Shown here piece by piece: positions 39,076-51,896 of a stretch of DNA of 64,000 bases. Positions within the stretch are counted from its first letter, which is position 1, and each line of letters begins with the position of its first letter. The notes under the pieces were generated by a model. That model saw nothing but the letters and a program-made list of their open reading frames with translations. It was not told the origin of the DNA and ran no database searches. A program made the translations under genes and the position numbers. Source of the stretch: Octopus vulgaris (lineage: Eukaryota); the NCBI GenBank assembly GCA_951406725.2, contig OX597814.1, positions 205,840,001-205,904,000 of the forward strand, written 5' to 3'.

Positions 39076-39929
39076 TATTAAGTAATGAAGATTCAACTCC
39101 GTTTCTTTATTTCATAGACATTTGCAATGTTACGAAATAATCATAAGTGTTGTGGTCAATGTATCTGAGAAATCAATGCATTTTTCTGTTGCCGAGTACC
39201 TCTTTTATGGTTAAACATATCCCCGTTTCAAGGTCAATATTTTCTATTCAACGGTTGCAGGAGATTTTCTATTCAACGGTTGCAGAAGATGTTCTATTGC
39301 ATTCGATGCTACCTAGTTCAAGGTATTAAAATTAGCATCATAACTGAATCAAGTTATATTTGAACTGAAAATACGGAGGTTTCAATATAGATGACGTAAA
39401 AAACAGTTCTCTTTATTAACAGTCGATTAACATCTGATTGTACGAGTTTGTGAAACTCCTCAACACCACAATGAAACAGATGATTTTTTATCTGCAATAA
39501 CCAGCGTTTAAATGGCAAATATAAAAAAAGATACTGAATTTATAAAGTCCCCCAGTGTCACTATTGTCTAATATTCTACTCCTCCGTTCAGTGTTCTGGG
39601 TTATTCATATAACTTTTAACATAAAAACAAAGTTATCTTTCTTACAGCCGCTATGATCAACTCTAGCGAAGCAAACTCATAAAATGGCAAAATTCCTACT
39701 GAAAACATTTTACTGATGTAAATCTTTGTCTCTCTTGCATTCTTCCAGTGGCGTTGCTAATAATGAAGCACGGTAAGTGACTGCTCCCTGCAAGCACGTT
39801 TTTCCAATTTGCCCTGTTTTCAACGATTCTTTGGCACTTTTCAGTTGCCTCAGCTCCAGTAAAAAATTGCCATTCAAAAATTAGGCCATCTCCCCTCTAA
39901 AACGTTGAGTTTATTTGGCGACAAAGGAT

Positions 39930-40165
39930 TGAATTAAAAGAGTTAGATCCTTTTGATTCAATACTTCAACACATTGTTGACTTTTGGCCTCCTTAATAGG
40001 CTGAAATCTCCACTTCTGAATTTTGCAAACCATCTTCTGCAAGTTCTTTCATTCAAGCATTTTTCCCCATAAACTGAGTGTATGTTTCGAGTCGCTTCCG
40101 CTGCAGAGTTTCCTTTTTTCTACTCATAAATTATGTTCTTTAAATGCTCTTTGGATACTTCCATG
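39930..40165 (-). mobile_element. Mariner transposase N-terminal (HTH) remnant
   Basis: Minus strand translates as KKGNSAAEATRNIHSVYGEKCLNERTCRRWFAKFRSGDFSL. Confidence 0.8.
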
Positions 40166-40639
40166 TTAGAAAGTGTTTTAATGAAAGAAATTTTAATTCT
40201 ATTATTCTGTAAAATAATATTTCATTAGTTGAAATGTACAGAAATGCATAAAAATAATTTTAAATTCCAATAGACATTCTATAATAATATTAAATTTCAT
40301 TCAATTTTAAAAAAGATAAAATCGGACAGAACTTATTTGATGAGCTGATATATTCCTGTCTCACACTCATACCGTATGTATGGACTTCGGGAACTTCTAG
40401 TAGAGCACAGCAACCTCATAAATAAGGCACAATGCCATTTCCTGGAATGAATGTAGATAAATCCTTCTTATTAAATACATACATACATACTTACGAACTC
40501 CAAGCGACACGTCACCTATTTGATGTGGCAGACTATTCATCGAAAATACGATGATTACTGTCTCCAACTCTGAAGCTAAAACTACCAGCCTTATCAAATA
40601 ACTCGTTCATCTTCAGATGGATTAACTAATCGGGGTGGT

Positions 40640-40830
40640 TTCCGACTGAAACTTGAATTTAGCATGAAGAGATTTACTACAAACAACATGGCTGGACACA
40701 ACATCAACAACAACAACAACACAACCAAGGAACAGAACAAAAACAACAGCTCAACAGATAAACAGATTCTTTCTAGCTTTAGTTAGAGCAGAAACCGTAA
40801 ACACAAACCTCATTTTTCTTGGAGTTATGG
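40640..40830 (-). repeat. Third partial copy of the 6610-6800 / 43830-44010 repeat
   Basis: CGACTGAAACTTGAATTTAGCATG...CAGATAAACAGATTCTTTCTAGC. Confidence 0.85.
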
Positions 40831-41967
40831 ATTGAATATTGATTAATTTAAATATTACAGATGAATCAACAGATTGAAATGATACTTGGGTGATTTGCAC
40901 CCAGAAATAAACAATGCACAATGCCATTTCCTGGAATAAATGTAGAGAGCTCCTTCTTATTAAACACACACAAATATCAGCCCAAAGAATACTGGTGGAG
41001 CATTCACATCAAAACATCGGTGAAATGTAAGTATAACAGGCCAGATATTGCTGTCTGGGATAGACAAGATAATGTAGGTTCCGTCATACAGGTCGGTTGC
41101 CCTTCTGATGGGAATATCTCTTTGAAAATCAAAAACAAAGAAGGTAATTATGGACAAATGCATTGTAATGTCCAGCTTCTATATCCAGATTACGAATTGC
41201 ATTTATACCAATAATAATCCTTTCTACTATAGGCCTGAAATGTTTGTCGCGGAAGGGGCTTGTCGGTTGCATCGACTCCAGTGCGTGGCTGGTACTTATT
41301 TCATCGACCCCGAAAGGATGAATGGTAAAGTCGACTTCAGCGGAATTTGGACTCAGGACGTAAGAACCAATAATGATAAAAGCTCTTCGTTTTGTAAGTA
41401 AATGCTTAACTGTCAGTGTGGATAAGCTTGGATTTTCAGAACAAGAAATCAATGGATTAACGCATTACAAATACAATCTGTATATGGAACAGTAAAACTA
41501 TGCAAGACTTTTCTCAGGTTTAAAATGTGACGTTATGTCCGTCGTCTACATTCCAATGATGGAGCTTTGTATGTTCGTTAGAAAGCAGCTCCTTCTTCAG
41601 GGGAAGAATCTAACAAATGAAGTCCCACTGACCTATAAATTAGACATTAAATGATAACATTAAATAAGCTATACGCTCGTATTTTATATATTTTTTATGT
41701 GAATGCCAAATAAATGAAGCTCCATTCTTACAAAATATTCACTAAATTAAGTAAGGAGATAATTATAAATGTCATTAATTTAATTGCAAAAATGACGAAA
41801 ATATTGTCAGTGGAGTTGCTTACAAATTTCGGTCTTTAACAACCGACTAAAAACATTCAGTGTAAATCTAACATAAAAATATGGTGTTCTGTAAGAAACA
41901 TATTAGACTACTAAATTCTTTAATTGTCAAGATATATTACATTTATTACATAATATATGTTGGAACA

Positions 41968-42540
41968 AAGGCGGTGAGCTGGTAGAAACGTTAGCACGCC
42001 GGGCGAAATGCGTAGCCGTATTTCGTCTGTCTTGACGTTCTGAGTTCAAATTCCGTCGAGGTCAACTTTGCCTTTCATCCTTTCGAGTTCGATTAAATAA
42101 GTATCAGTTACGCACTGGGGTCGATCTTATCGACTTAATCTGTTTGTCTTCCTTGGTTGTCCCCTCTGTGTCCCCTTCTAGGTAGTAAAGATATAGGTAT
42201 TTCATCTGTGTTTACGTTCTGAGTTGAAATTCCGCCGATGGCTACTTTGCCTTTCATCCTTTCGGGGTCGATTAATTAAGTACCAGTTACGCACGGGGTC
42301 GATATAATCGATGTAATCTGTTTGTCTGTCCTTGTTTGTCCCCTCTGTGTAGCCCCTTGTAGGTAGTAAAGAAATAGGTATTTCAACTGTGTTTACGTTC
42401 TGAGTTGAAATTCCGCCGAGGTCGACTTTGCCTTTCATTCTTCGAGGTCGATAAATTAAGTACCAATTGCCTACTGGGGTCGATCTTATCGGCTGGTCCC
42501 ATCCCCCAAAATTTCGGGCCTTATGCCTAGAGTAGAAAGG
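41968..42540 (+). mobile_element. tRNA-derived SINE with a triplicated central domain
   Basis: Head GGCGGTGAGCTGGTAGAAACGTTAGCA; the unit ACGTTCTGAGTT.AAATTCCG...CTTTGCCTTTCAT occurs three times; tail GCCTAGAGTAGAAAGG. Confidence 0.8.
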
Positions 42541-42649
42541 AATATATGTTGGAACATTGCCGTCCTATATATATATATGACACTGGGTGATTGTGTAGTG
42601 ATGTGAGCTGGTATTCTACTCAGAGACACATGAACGGCATCGTATGGTG

Positions 42650-43535
42650 ACATGTAGTTGTTTTGTTGTGAAAGCATGAGCCTATATGAGCAGAAGTAGA
42701 AAGCTCCGTGCTGATAGTAACATCGATCATCAAAGCAGCTTATCATGGACCCACAGCGGGATTACTATCTCCCACTTTGAAGGGTATGCGTTTGCAATCG
42801 AGTATTAGGAAATATCAAACAAGTATCTGATAAACAAAAGGGATGGAGATGTAGGTAAAGCATTCAAATGTGACAACCGATGCAGAATTTGTGGAGTTCA
42901 CAGTGAAAATATCACCCACACCTTAAGCAGTTGTCCGAAAATACCATCACGGTAAATGTCACATGACGTTGTAGCTAGATCACTCTATAATGAAATCCGT
43001 GGTAAGCATAATCCCGAGAAGAATGAAATAAGAATCCACAGTATGGTAGAAGTCATAGCCACACGTAACAAAAAAGAATACAGATGGAATGTCCCAGTGT
43101 AGACCACAATAAACTGTAATCCCAACAGACCTGATAGAATGATTTGAGATAGAGAAGAGAAACTGTGTACAGTTGTGGCAATTAGCTGCCCAGCAGATGT
43201 GAACATAAAGCTGAAGATCAATGAAAAAGAGTGTATCTATGCTGAACTATTGAGAAATCAGCAGTTTCTCTATTCAGATTACAAGTTCAGGTTTATACCT
43301 GTAATTATTGGGACTCTGGGATGTGTTACACAATGCCTAAATACCAATCTAGAGAAATTAGACTTCTCAAAACCAGAGAGAAGAAAGCTAATTTGAAGAC
43401 TACAGATACGACCCATCACTGGAACTGTAAAAGTCTGAGAAACTTTCCAGAAGTTTATCATTAAATATATATGAGCATTTCTAGATATGTAACTATGTGC
43501 TTGAGAATACATACATAAACATACAAATCTGCACA
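42650..43535 (+). mobile_element. Degenerate RLE-type retrotransposon 3' part followed by (ACAT)n
   Basis: Inverted counterpart of 7400-8300: AISCPADVNIKL...FIPVIIGTLG. Confidence 0.85.
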
Positions 43536-43664
43536 TACATACATACATACATACATACATACATACATACATACATACATACATACATACATACATACAT
43601 ACATACATACATACATACATACATACATACATACATACATACATACATACATACATACATACAT
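43533..43664. repeat. (ACAT)n microsatellite
   Basis: Directly visible. Confidence 0.97.
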
Positions 43665-45827
43665 GTGGACACACAGACACGAAGTGACATGTCACGTATT
43701 CAGTGTGGAAGACTATTTATGGAAGATACGATGAATACTATCTCCATCTTTGAAGCCCTGTTAAATAACTGGTTAATCTCAAGATGAATTAACTGAAGGA
43801 GCCCTTTATTAAAGATTGTATTGATTTTCGACTGAAACTTGAATTTAGCATGAAGAGATTTACTACAAACAACATGGCTGGACACAACATCAACAACAAC
43901 ACAACCAAGGAACAGAACAAAAACAACAGCTCAACAGATAAACAGATTCTTTCTAGCTGTAGTTAGAGAAGAAACCGTAACCACAAAACTCATTTTGTTT
44001 TCTTGGAATTGAGGACAGATTTATTAATTGTTATAGAAGAGCTAAACAAAACCCTTTTGTTGGATGTTTAGTCAGATTGGAACCATACATGGACGATCTG
44101 CAACCACAACTAAATCATTTTACTGCGAAAGCAGCAATAGTAGTCAGGGCTATATGGCGGTGCCCCGACTAAAAAAATTTCAAGACGAAATAACTTTGAT
44201 TTCGAAGCACGCTCTCGAAGAGAGATAATTCTATATCAAAGTAAGCAAAAGACTACCAGACACGGTATTAAAAGTTCACCAAGAAGAAGAGAAGAAGGAG
44301 ATAGAAGTGATGTTTGGGGATAGCAAAAAGAGGACACTCAATTACGAACTGACCACTCTCAAACAGGAGCTAAAAGATGTCAGTGAGAAACCTCGAAATC
44401 AGAAGAGAATAACCAACAGAAAAACAGTAAACGAAAAAATTAACCAGAACCAGGCAGCAGTATACAGAGATATTGAGAGGAGGAGTAGTGAAAATCACAG
44501 AAACTTCTTCACGAGAAGACATAGACTTCTTCTGGGTGAAAAGGTATTAAACCACAAAAATAACAATAACAAACAGGAAAGGAAAGGCAACAGAATTTAT
44601 AGGTATTCCAACCCCAGAGAAAAAAAGAAAACCAGATGGATTCATGGTTTATCCTCAGACAGACACCTCGTCTCACTGTGAACTCCTCCAAAAAAACAAA
44701 ATACTAAAAACAACAGCTAAATATCTCTCAAATCTTTCCTTCAATTCTTAGAAAGGAAATACATTGGTGGACAATGCATATGAATAGAGAGGGTGGTGGT
44801 CAAGGTTAGAATGTCTTGTATCATAGATCTACTCCCGCAACACTGACATGTTGCTAAACCAAGAAAATAATAATTCTCTTACCTTTTGCGAGTCTCTCGA
44901 TTTCAATGATATACGTACAACAAATACTGGGAAACAAAAAGTAAGCCAATTTCTTAAAAGCATCAATAATATTTCTCAACCAACAAAACAACTTTCCTCT
45001 GAGCTTTCCTGATCAAAACAGAACCCAAGTGGTGGTAGACAGACTGTATTATCAGAACTATGCCTGAATAGGTGTAAACCATTTCCTGTGCGTGTGAAAT
45101 ATATAAATATATGTGTAAAATTGTAAATCTATATCTGTAAAGAATGCATTAACATCATTCATGCGGATAACCCAATTTTATACATGCATGCACAGTAACC
45201 CGAGAAGCTTTAGTCACCCCTGCACATTTAGATAGGCTTATTACTTTTAGTAAATTGGATTTTCCAAAATGTTATTTTTAACACTAGAAAACTCAAACAA
45301 TCTTGTCTGTGTAAGCATTTCTCTTGACAGTCATGTCCAAATTCATCTTTAGATGCCAAATTAAAATGACAAAGAAGAAGCATGAGAAACGAGCTCAGAT
45401 TGAAATTTGATAAAAGAATGGAGAAATGTGTGAGTAAGACAGCAGCTGATTGGTCTGTAACTCCATCAACCGTTTCAAGAATTCAGAAAAGAATTGAAGA
45501 AGGTTCAAAAAGAAGGCTTCACCTACAAGAAGTAGCCGAGAATGTTCCCTGATATCAAACTCAGCCAACCTAAAGTTAATACATCAGAAATTATGATGCT
45601 GGATTCTCTGTACACAGTAAATGTATGGGATAGTCACGGGAGGAATGTCTCTTATGAAGGACCAGCTTAATCTGAAGCTAAAGAGAATCAACAATCTTAT
45701 TAAGATCTCCCATGTATCTAATGCAACTAAATCCATTCAGTAACAGCTTATCTCCTTCTAATTATTATCACTACCGACTGATAAGTCCGGAATATATGCC
45801 ACACAGTGAAGAATCTTGTTTTATATA

Positions 45828-45880
<53 letters not shown>

Positions 45881-46182
45881 ATATTGATACAAATTACATA
45901 TATAAATATATAACCTTTCAAGTTTATATATTATATATGTTTTGTAATTTAATTTGGATGCGAAATGAAACAATTGTAGGTGAAGAGGTTAATTAATTAA
46001 TTAATTAATAAGTTTGTGTCCATTGGATTTTTCCGTTTTCAAATTTGATAATAATTTTTGATGTTTTATGATATTTTATATAATATATTCATTGAAGAAA
46101 TATCTCTGCAAAATTCAGTCTATTAAACCAGTGTGTCTTGGATAAAAATATCCTTACATGAGGTCTAAATGTCCTCATAGTA

Positions 46183-46245
<63 letters not shown>

Positions 46246-46850
46246 GTGTGTTATTTCATTCTCTTATTGTCATTTGACTGCAGCCACATTTGAGTTCCCA
46301 CTTAAAAGGGGTTTATTTGAAGAAATTGACCCCCAGACTTATTTTTTGTAATCCTAATACTTTTTCAATTGGTCTCTTTCGCCGAAGGGCTAATGTTACA
46401 GGGACGTAAACATGCCAACATCGGTTGTCAAGCGATTGTAGGGAACACACACGGACACAAAGCAGACACACGTTGATACATACATACACACATACGATGA
46501 TCGGCTTTCAGTTTAAAAACAGAGAAGCAATTATTACTATTACAATTAAAGTAATTAAAGTAATTGCGGTGTTTAAAAAGATGAAAGTGTGAATTTCAAA
46601 AGGACGTTCGAGAGGCCAGAGTGTGGGGGAGATAACTGAGCAGAAACAGAGATGGTAAAACCATAAAAATTTGGAGGGATGTGTTGGTTCTACATGTGCA
46701 AAAAGAAAGGGAACACACATATAAATATAGGCACACAATAAATTGTATATATATGTATGCGAACATATATATATACGCAGATACACACGTTCATATTACT
46801 ATACATGTCCCTGTCAGCATATAATAAATCACACACACGCGCACACGCAC

Positions 46851-46900
<50 letters not shown>

Positions 46901-46971
46901 TATATGTATCAGTTTACACACGTCGGTCCATGTAAGATCAATAGATATATACGTACATATATATACATATA

Positions 46972-47290
46972 TAGCAGCACACTCAGCCGTTCTTGTTCCG
47001 TGGATGAGGAAATACCTTTCAGGCTGCAGAGAGCAACTGATTCCTTCCGGTCCCTTCAGCCTCGTGTCTGGTCCCAGCATGGCATCACAAGGGAAACAAA
47101 AATTGCTGTGTACCGTGCATGTGTACTGACATCGCTCCTTTACTCATGTGAGACATGGACCCTTTACAAACATCATATAAAAGTCCTTGGACGCTTCCAC
47201 ATGAGATGTGTTGGCTGGACCTTAAAGACTGCAGACACCCAGGTCTCGAGAGAAGCTGATATCTTGAGTATTGAGGCGATGGAGCAGAGG
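46972..47290 (+). mobile_element. RTE-clade (BovB-like) LINE fragment
   Basis: STLSRSCSVDEEIPFRLQRA...TKIAVYRACVLTSLLYSCETWTLY...RFHMRC. Confidence 0.85.
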
Positions 47291-47393
47291 CCCCGGTTTT
47301 TGTACCTTTTCCGGTTTCTCTGTTCGTTCATGCTACCATCGTAATGGTGGCGGTGCTGGTTGTTTTGGCTGTTGTTCATGTTGTTGCGGCTGT

Positions 47394-47775
47394 TATGTAT
47401 GTATGTATGTATGTATGTATGTATGTATGTATGTATGTATGTATGTATGTATGTATGTATGTATGTATGTATGTATGTATGTATGTATGTATGTATGTAT
47501 GTATAAATGTATGTATGTGTGTATGTATGTATGTATGTATGTATGTATGTATGTATGTATGTATGTATGTATGTATGTATGTATGTATGTATATGTGTGT
47601 GTGTATGTATGTATGTATGTATGTATGGATGGATGGATGGATGGATGTATGTATGTATGTATGTATGTATGTATGTATGTATGTATGTATGTATGTATGT
47701 ATGTATGTATGTATGTATGTATGTATGTATGTATGTATGTATGTATGTATGTATGCATGCATGCCTGCATGCATG
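47394..47775. repeat. (TATG)n microsatellite
   Basis: Directly visible. Confidence 0.97.
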
Positions 47776-48904
47776 CACAGCCACCTCATACTGCTTCACA
47801 CCTTCCAGCTTTTCCTCCCTCTATGATCCCCTTACATTATTTCAGCCATTGCTTCTTCCTAACTCCCAGTATTAGCAGAATCGTAAAAGCCTCTTCATGA
47901 ATGGCCTTGCGACATTTCTCGCAGCTATTTACATTTCGAGTTGAAATCCAACGGAGACCAACTTTGCTTTTCCTCTTTTGGGAATACCGTGTCGTACTAA
48001 GGTCGATGGAATCATCTCACCGCCTCACTTCAAAATTGCTGGCCTTATTCCTAAATTAGAAATCATTAATACTATTTGTTTATCTTACTTTAGTTATCCG
48101 AAACCTCCGTCTCATTGATAATTTGTCGTCGAAGGAATAGCAATTCAGGGGGGAAAACTGGGACATACTGTCAACGAGTTATTCCCCTTGAATACTATAA
48201 CTGCCCACGACTATCAATTTTTTTGCATAGTTGTTTATTTTGTCGGTTTCTTTTTCCAGAATAGCAATTATATTCGTTTGAACCCTGAAATTGAATGATA
48301 TGCGGCGGTAGATTTGTGCAACTTCTGTGAATGTTCCTGGATGTCAATGATGGAAGGCTGTGAGTTACGAAAGAAAGATGATGCGGTATTCGAAGAGATT
48401 TTGGATTGATGATAAATGTCTGTTGCCTTGGTTTTGTTAAAATTAAACTCGGTCTACCTTATTCTCTATATGGACATTGTAGTTATAGATTAATCATCAT
48501 TCCTACTTGTCGTTACGTTACTTAGCCCGTCGGTAACGTTTTCACGTGATCAGAGAAAAAAAGAGGGAGAGAGAAAGAGAAGATAAGGCGAACAGTGAGG
48601 TAGAACGAGAGAAAAAGAAAAAAAGAACAGAGAACAGACGAAGAAAGAAGCTTCCATGACATTATAGTAGGGGGAACGTAATGTTTATTACGTGGCTAAA
48701 AAGTTAGTTGAAGGTAGTGATATAGAGGATAGTTAGAAATATAATTTTAGCAGAGGGGTGATGTTAAAGAAAGGCACAGCGAGAGAGAGAGGAGGAGAGG
48801 TGCTGTTACTGTTGTTGGTGCTAGAGCTGGTGGTGGGGGTGGCGATAGTGAGTACATGAATTGAGCTAAATCTTTTATTATCACCTATTACTTAACACAT
48901 CCGA

Positions 48905-49165
48905 AACTTGCCATTCACTTCCGAAAGAAACCAGTTTCCCCTTGGCCTGTCTTATGCAGTGGCTATCCACAAATCACAAGGGCAGACATTTGATCGAGTG
49001 GGGGCTGTTCTTGCCTGAGCCTGTATTCGGTCATGGTCAGCAACATGTTGCATTCTCAAGGGCTTGCAAATTATCCGATGCGTGACTTAAAGCTATCAAC
49101 ACTGACAAAGAAGGGAAGAGATGAGCGATAACTTACACGAAGAACATAATCTGCAAAGAAGTATC
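48905..49165 (+). mobile_element. Helitron Pif1-type helicase C-terminal remnant
   Basis: LPFTSERNQFPLGLSYAVAIHKSQGQTFDRVG, one frameshift, then LFLPEPVFGHGQQHVAFSR...TKNIICKEV (helicase motifs V/VI). Confidence 0.8.
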
Positions 49166-49745
49166 CTTCTCTACTCTAGGTACAAGGCCCGAAATTCTTA
49201 GGGAAGGGCCAGTCGATTATATCGACTCCAATACGCAACTGGTACTTAATTTATCGACCCCGAAAGGGTGAAAGGCAAAGTTGACCGCGGCGGAATTTGA
49301 ACTCAGAACGTCAAGACACACGAAATACGTATTTCTTTACTACCCACAAGGGGCTAAACACAGAGAGGACAAACAATGACAGACAGACGGATTAAGTCGA
49401 TTACATCGACCCCAGTGAGTAACTGGTACTTATTTAATCGACCCCGATATGATGGAAGGCAAAGTCGACCTCGGCGGAATTTGAACTCAGAACGTCAAGA
49501 CACACGAAATACCTACTTCTTTATTACCCACAAGGGGCTAAACGCAGAGGGGACAAACAAGGACAGACATAGGTATTAAGTCGATTACATCGACCCCAGT
49601 GCGTAACTGGTTCTTAATTTATCGACCCCGAAAGGATGAAAGGCAAAGTCTACCTCGGCGGAATTTGAACTCAGAACGTAAAGACAGACGAAATACCGCT
49701 GGGCATTTCGCCCGGTGTGCTAACGATTCTGCCAGATCACCGCCT
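49165..49745 (-). mobile_element. tRNA-derived SINE with a triplicated central domain (same family as 41968-42540, inverted)
   Basis: GAAAGGCAAAGT...GGCGGAATTTGAACTCAGAACGT occurs three times; head ends ...TGCTAACGATTCTGCCAGATCACCGCC. Confidence 0.8.
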
Positions 49746-50441
49746 TTTCCAGCTCTGCCAGCTCACCTCCTTGCAGACCTGAACATCTTAATATTGCAAT
49801 GATAGTCACTGATCTGGAGAGAGAGAGAGAGAGAGACGTCTGTTTACTATGAGGCTTCATGTATCATTAGCCTAGAACAATACGGAATGCATTGGATAGG
49901 ACAATATGGAGAGTATAGACTATCAACTCCCACCATCACTCTCATCCACCTCCCTCTATCTTCTCTCATTCTTCTCTATTTAGTAATCTCCGTCAGCCAC
50001 TGAACCAGTCAACTTACTCCTCCCAAATAATGGCCATTCTCTTTTCTCGCTATCCCAACAATTACCACCAACACAACCCTCCTCTCTTCCACCTCTACTA
50101 CTATTACTCCCTACTAGTCTCTTTATTAACCCCTAACTCTTGAAATTTATTTTCTCCTCTCACGATTCCCTATCTGAATACCTCCCCCAATTTCTCCCTC
50201 TAAAACACTTGGCTCTCCATGTATTCATTCCATCTTTGAACTTCTTTCCTTTAACATCTCAAATTTAAGATCCATATATATGGTTAGCTTATGTAAGGAG
50301 TTTGTCTATATTTGAAACATTTATTATTTTGATTACAATTAAATGACTTGTCATAACTTTGTGTTTTTTATTTAATTATTGAATTATTATTTTATTTTTC
50401 AATTATGTATATTTAGAATTTTCATATATACACACACACAA

Positions 50442-50511
<70 letters not shown>

Positions 50512-50566
50512 GTATATATTAAAGTATATTTATTAATTAATTATTTTACTGTTCTATTATATTTTT

Positions 50567-50653
50567 AACCTGAGGAGCGACTATATTTATATACAAGTGA
50601 TTTCTCTACTACTATAATCATTTCTTAAATATTGCAGCGAAACACGTGTCGTT
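50567..50653 (+). ncRNA. Hammerhead ribozyme-like motif in an AT-rich (TA)n-flanked element (~50515-50820)
   Basis: AAC-CTGAGGA-GC...GC-GAAA-CACGTG-TC-GTT with palindromic stem III ACACGTGT. The element's 3' part is homologous (inverted) to ~20220-20325. Confidence 0.7.
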
Positions 50654-51896
50654 TTTCTAACTATTATATACATTATAATATTATTCTTGTTATTTACTAA
50701 ATCTTTTCTTTTTAATTGTTATTTTAATTTTAACTTTTCTATTATATATAATTTTCTAGATGGTGTAATTTAATTATTCATTTTGAATTGATAAAAAGTG
50801 GGTTTTTTTCTAATATTTTATATATCTCTCTATATATAAACGGCAGTTTGTCTGTCTGTGTCTCTGTATGTCTGTCAGGTTGTACCCTCACCCTGACCAC
50901 GGCTTTCAACCGATTCTGATGAAACTCGACACAAATATAGCCCAATATCATAATTCAAAACTAACGCAGCGAAAATTCTGAAAAGTTCCCCCACTTCTGA
51001 AAAACATCGATAAATTCGACATGGGGTCGAGAATCAAAGCTTTTTATATGCAACACATTTTCTGTTGTAGTTTTCGCAACTTGCAATCGATTTTCACCAA
51101 ACTCATGGTGAAGCTTAATGTTACCCTAAGAAACTTAATTCTGGCGTTAGTTTTCCATGCAATACCTCACCATCAGAGAAAATCGATAAAATCATGCCAT
51201 TTTGGGAAATCGCGTTCAAATTCAAGATGACATATTTTCGACAATATCTTTCACAAATTGGCAGGAATTTTTTTTTAATTCACAGCGAGCATCATGTCTG
51301 CTCCAAGGAGCTATATGGCTCTTTTATTTCAATAGGATACTTTATTACTTGAAAAAATCGGTTAATTAAATCATATGTGGCACACATAGCAAACCGATTT
51401 GTGTATTAAACACAAACCACAGACTGTCTAGGGGACGCAACTCGACCTTTTTAACTCCCAAATAACTATCAAACAGCTATCGATAATTCAACCCAACCAA
51501 TTCCTACCAGGAAGAAATTACATTCGAGACTTTACCCCCAACACCGCCACTTCTGCTAATAGCTGCTGCAGCCGCAAGTTATTCGACTACTTTTTTTGTT
51601 TAAACTTTCTTTATAACTACCACCCCAAACGTTTTACCTTAAATTTTTGACGTACCCTAAGGGTCCTCGGACGCTACTTGCAAACTCTTGGTTTATTATA
51701 AGCCGCTTTTGTCGTGTGCACCAAAAAACTTTTCCATTCGTTTGTTCAGTTTCGTCACTTTTGACTTTTTCGTTGTTGTCACTCACATTGCTGCCCGCTT
51801 TTTTGGCGTTTTTATACATTTTTATACATTTTAGGATACTTACCCCACGTGTTCCTTTTTATTACACCTTTGCCAAACACATTGCTATCCACCAAA

